From contig JABANN010000232.1 of NCBI GenBank assembly GCA_013115125.1, positions 1-49,259 on the forward strand: 49,259 bases of DNA. Direction: 5' to 3'. How positions within the stretch are numbered: position 1 is the stretch's first letter; each line of letters opens with the position of its first letter. Under the pieces are notes generated by a model. It worked only from the letters and a program-made list of their open reading frames with translations, was not told the DNA's origin and made no database searches. Shown here piece after piece: positions 46,132 through 49,259 of the stretch. Source of the stretch: Perkinsus olseni. Its lineage: Eukaryota. The position numbers were made by a program, and so were the translations under genes.

Positions 46132-48433
46132 TCATGCTTTACGAGAGGCCGAAGCTCCAGCCCCAGCAGCGACTGCTGCTGCCTTTTTCCTTTCCTTCTT
46201 CAGTTGCTTCTCGATTATCTGCTGACTATTGTACCTAGCACAGAGCGAGAGATACCATCTCGTCCCCTTATCCTGATCACCCTTACTTCACGTGCTTCCT
46301 ATTCCACACATCTTCATCAACACCACCCGTCGGCTGGCCACTCGCCCTCTTCTCATCGAAGCTTCCATCATCTTCATCCTATCATCAACGACATCCCCTG
46401 CCGTCACCGGACCCGCCTACTACTACCTCTCCGTCATCATTGGCCATATCATCCTGCTCCTGCTGCTGCAGTTGGCCCTCCGTCGCCCGCACCCGAACCA
46501 AGCCCGACTGCATGTCCGCTATCTTATCGAGTAGTCGATCCTCGAAAGACGCCGCCTCAGATGCCGGCACAACCCTCTTATTGGCTCCTGTATCCCAGCC
46601 CGTTGAGGATATCAATTTGGACAGCTTGAGCTCCACTTGAGAAAGGACCTCCTCGATAGGAGCATCCACTGCGTCCAGCTGTGGCTCGCCGTCAAGATCG
46701 ACGGACTCCAGCTTCCCAGCAAGATGAAAAACACCTGGCAAACACCACCAGTATGTCTCCCTATAAAGTACTGCTTCCCCCACCTGCATTAACATCCACT
46801 ACCATCTTCGCCAAACGCTCATATTTCGCCTTGTTGCGCTCCGCTTTGTCCGCTGCCTCAGTAAGGCGGGCCTCCAAGTCATCTGCAACCTGACGGAGCG
46901 GAGGTTGCGTAAGCAGACGTCACCATCGAGCCCCACCTGCCTCCGACCCGCTCCACCCGACGCCGAGAACTTCAACTCGTCCACACGCCCCTTCAGCGTA
47001 CTGTAGTCATGAATCAGAGAATTGATTCTCTCCTGGTAATCATTCGTTAGATTGAGCAAATTGGTGAGCGTGTCCTCCTGGTTGAGGAACTTCTGTATAA
47101 CCTCGTTGACGTCGCTAACACCGGTAGCCTCTTTAATCCTTCTGAACGCGTCTTCATAATCATTCATCCTTTGCCGCTCTTCCTCAGCCTTCCCGTGTGT
47201 AATACCAGCAGCCACATGAGCCATCGCTCCTGTAGTCCTCAGCGCCATCTCGCCGGACTTGTCCAAGTCCTGCTGCTGCCTCAGCATGCGTTCTCGTTGC
47301 TCCAGCCTATGGTTCATCTCAACACGTTGCTGCACCAACGCCTTCTTTTCATGGACTTCCTAAGCCAGCGTTCTCCAGAGGCTGCGCCACCGACCTGGCA
47401 GCCTACTTTATCTCGCTGATTTCTCTCTTCCATAACCCCTTGCTCGAACCTGTGCAGCTCAGCCTGAGCCATCTCCTTCGCATGATAGGCATCATGCGAC
47501 AACAGCAAGAGTTCCTCATAATCATGCTCCTTCGACTTCAGGGTACCTACATCACCACAGGCATCAACAAACATCAAAACAATCACAGCCAGTGAGAGCA
47601 GACGGCAGCTGAGACGAACCGGAAAGACCACGATCCCCTCCCCAGTGCTACGTTCAACTGCTTGCAACTGATTGTCGAAGTTCATTCTCTCTTCCTCAAG
47701 TCTCTTCAGGATCTGCTCATATGTTCTTTTAATAGACTGCGCTTCATTGAACCTGCAGCAACTCCTACCACTCCTTCCCGTCATCCCCAGGGCCCTCTCA
47801 CTTCACGAGGGTTTTATCTAATCGATTCTCCAAGACCCTCACTTGCCGCATCTGTGGCGAATTATCAGACGTTGGCTTCACCGCATCAGCGCTCATCTCG
47901 CGAACCTAATATCAATCCTCACGACTTCCCTCCTACGTGACAGACCCAACACCTTGTCTGCCAGTTCCGCTACGAGCTTCTCCTTTTTACTGTTGGCATC
48001 CAAGAAGGCATCCAGCTTGTTCTTGGCTACATTCAACTCGGACATCTTGCCCTCTAGCTGTTTCTCAACGCTCTTCGGCACTTCTGTCCTCAGCTGGGCT
48101 ATTTGAGTCCTGAGGCTACGATTCTCTTCTTTCATCTGCTTTATGATCTCCTTGTTCTGCTTGATATTAAGCTGGGCCGTCTCATAGGTAGCTTTGCGTT
48201 CTCCCTCTACAAACAATAAACACACTCAAGGGCCTTCCCATAGCAGCCACCAACCCCTCATGCACGTGAAGATAACCCGCACACTGAACGGCATTAGCAC
48301 ATCTCCACCGAAACTATTCAACTTTCCTTACGAGTAATTGCATTGCCCTCTACCGCCCTCTATTACCAAGCAGCTGGAATCGTCGCTGTAAGTCCTCCAG
48401 CTGCTCTTCAGGAGTCATTGTCGTCTTAGACAT
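46132..48433 (-). CDS. Outer dynein arm docking complex coiled-coil subunit (DC1/ODA3, CCDC151/ODAD3-like)
   Basis: LEDLQRRFQLL/EGERKATYE, FNEAQSIKRTYEQILKRLEEERMNFDNQL, LKSKEHDYEELLLLSHDA, YEDAFRRIKEATGVSDVNEVIQKF. ATG 48433, stop 46132-46134. Confidence 0.8.
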
Positions 48434-48720
48434 AGTGAGCACGAAGACACTCGAGGAAATCTACAAAACCATCACGACCCACGAAAGCACAGCATTAACA
48501 ACAAGACCAACCGAGATGAAGAAGCTGTACATTCCCACCATCGGCCAGTAGGAGAGCATCAATTATGAGCCTCCGCAGGGTATAATCCGCTACCACCATG
48601 CTTACACATGTGGTGGCAAGCGTAAATTAATCTTCATCCAGTATCATAGAGTACAGTGCGGTGACGGACAAATGGTACGATGAAAATCGGGGAAAACGGC
48701 CCCGATAAGAGAGCAGCGCT

Positions 48721-48972
48721 TTACATCTTCTCGAAAATGTCCTTGACATCAGCCCAGACATCATCAACCGAGCGATCGGCGTTCACCTATGCCATGGTTT
48801 TAATGACTCGGAAAAGTCTACCCTCCTCTATTACCCTTCTCTCCTTTCCCTTAGCGGCGAACCTCTGGATGATGGGCCTGGTCTCGGCCTCGTAGGTGCG
48901 GAAGCGCTTCCGGATGGATTCCAAGTTGTCATCAGAACGGCCACTTGTCTTGCCACGAGATAGGAGACGCTT
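48721..48972 (-). CDS. UMP-CMP kinase / adenylate kinase family, last two exons (5' part beyond the window)
   Basis: KRLLSRGKTSGRSDDNLESIRKRFRTY (LID region) and VNADRSVDDVWADVKDIF, stop TAA 48721-48723. Confidence 0.88.
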
Positions 48973-49259
48973 CTGGAAAAAACTCGACCATACCGACTGC
49001 TGACCGACGGACTGGCTTGTCCGGAAGGTGGGAATGCGAGGACCTTCGAAGTTGTTCAGCAGACTAACTCTGAGGCTCCGAAATAATGATGACTCAAAAT
49101 GCGCAGAAATCGATCAACAAAAAACTACCGAGCCGCCCTATTATCATATGGATTCATCTAAACTCCGAGAACTTATCGGGTCTGTCTGCTGACGCCACGG
49201 CTAAGCGTTAGGTCCCAGGCTAGAGTTCAACAGCAACAACAAGCCCCGACATCTACCTC

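Overview
This window is eukaryotic, gene-dense genomic DNA with many short (about 45-60 nt) GT-AG introns, so the ORF track mostly shows exon fragments. Gene content and intron style suggest an alveolate protist, probably Perkinsus-like (inference). Genes form two convergent blocks. Plus strand (1-16.8 kb): the 3' half of NAT10/Kre33 with four unusually long, hairpin-rich introns; a tandem array of four paralogous small secreted-type genes, the fourth a pseudogene; and a large CFAP70-like TPR/EF-hand gene. Minus strand (17.2-49.3 kb): kinesin-8; a ~2.7 kb gene-free region bracketed by a 149-bp direct repeat; a class I sirtuin; a soluble Rieske protein; a basic hypothetical protein; an ~11.8 kb multi-lectin surface protein gene; two hypothetical genes; a ShKT-like/mucin type-I membrane protein; an outer dynein arm docking complex subunit; and the 3' end of a UMP-CMP/adenylate kinase. 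The most notable items are a LamG domain apparently split by about a dozen nested discoidin domains, and candidate structured RNAs in NAT10 introns, one of which might guide 18S acetylation. Exon boundaries were read by eye and no database search was run.
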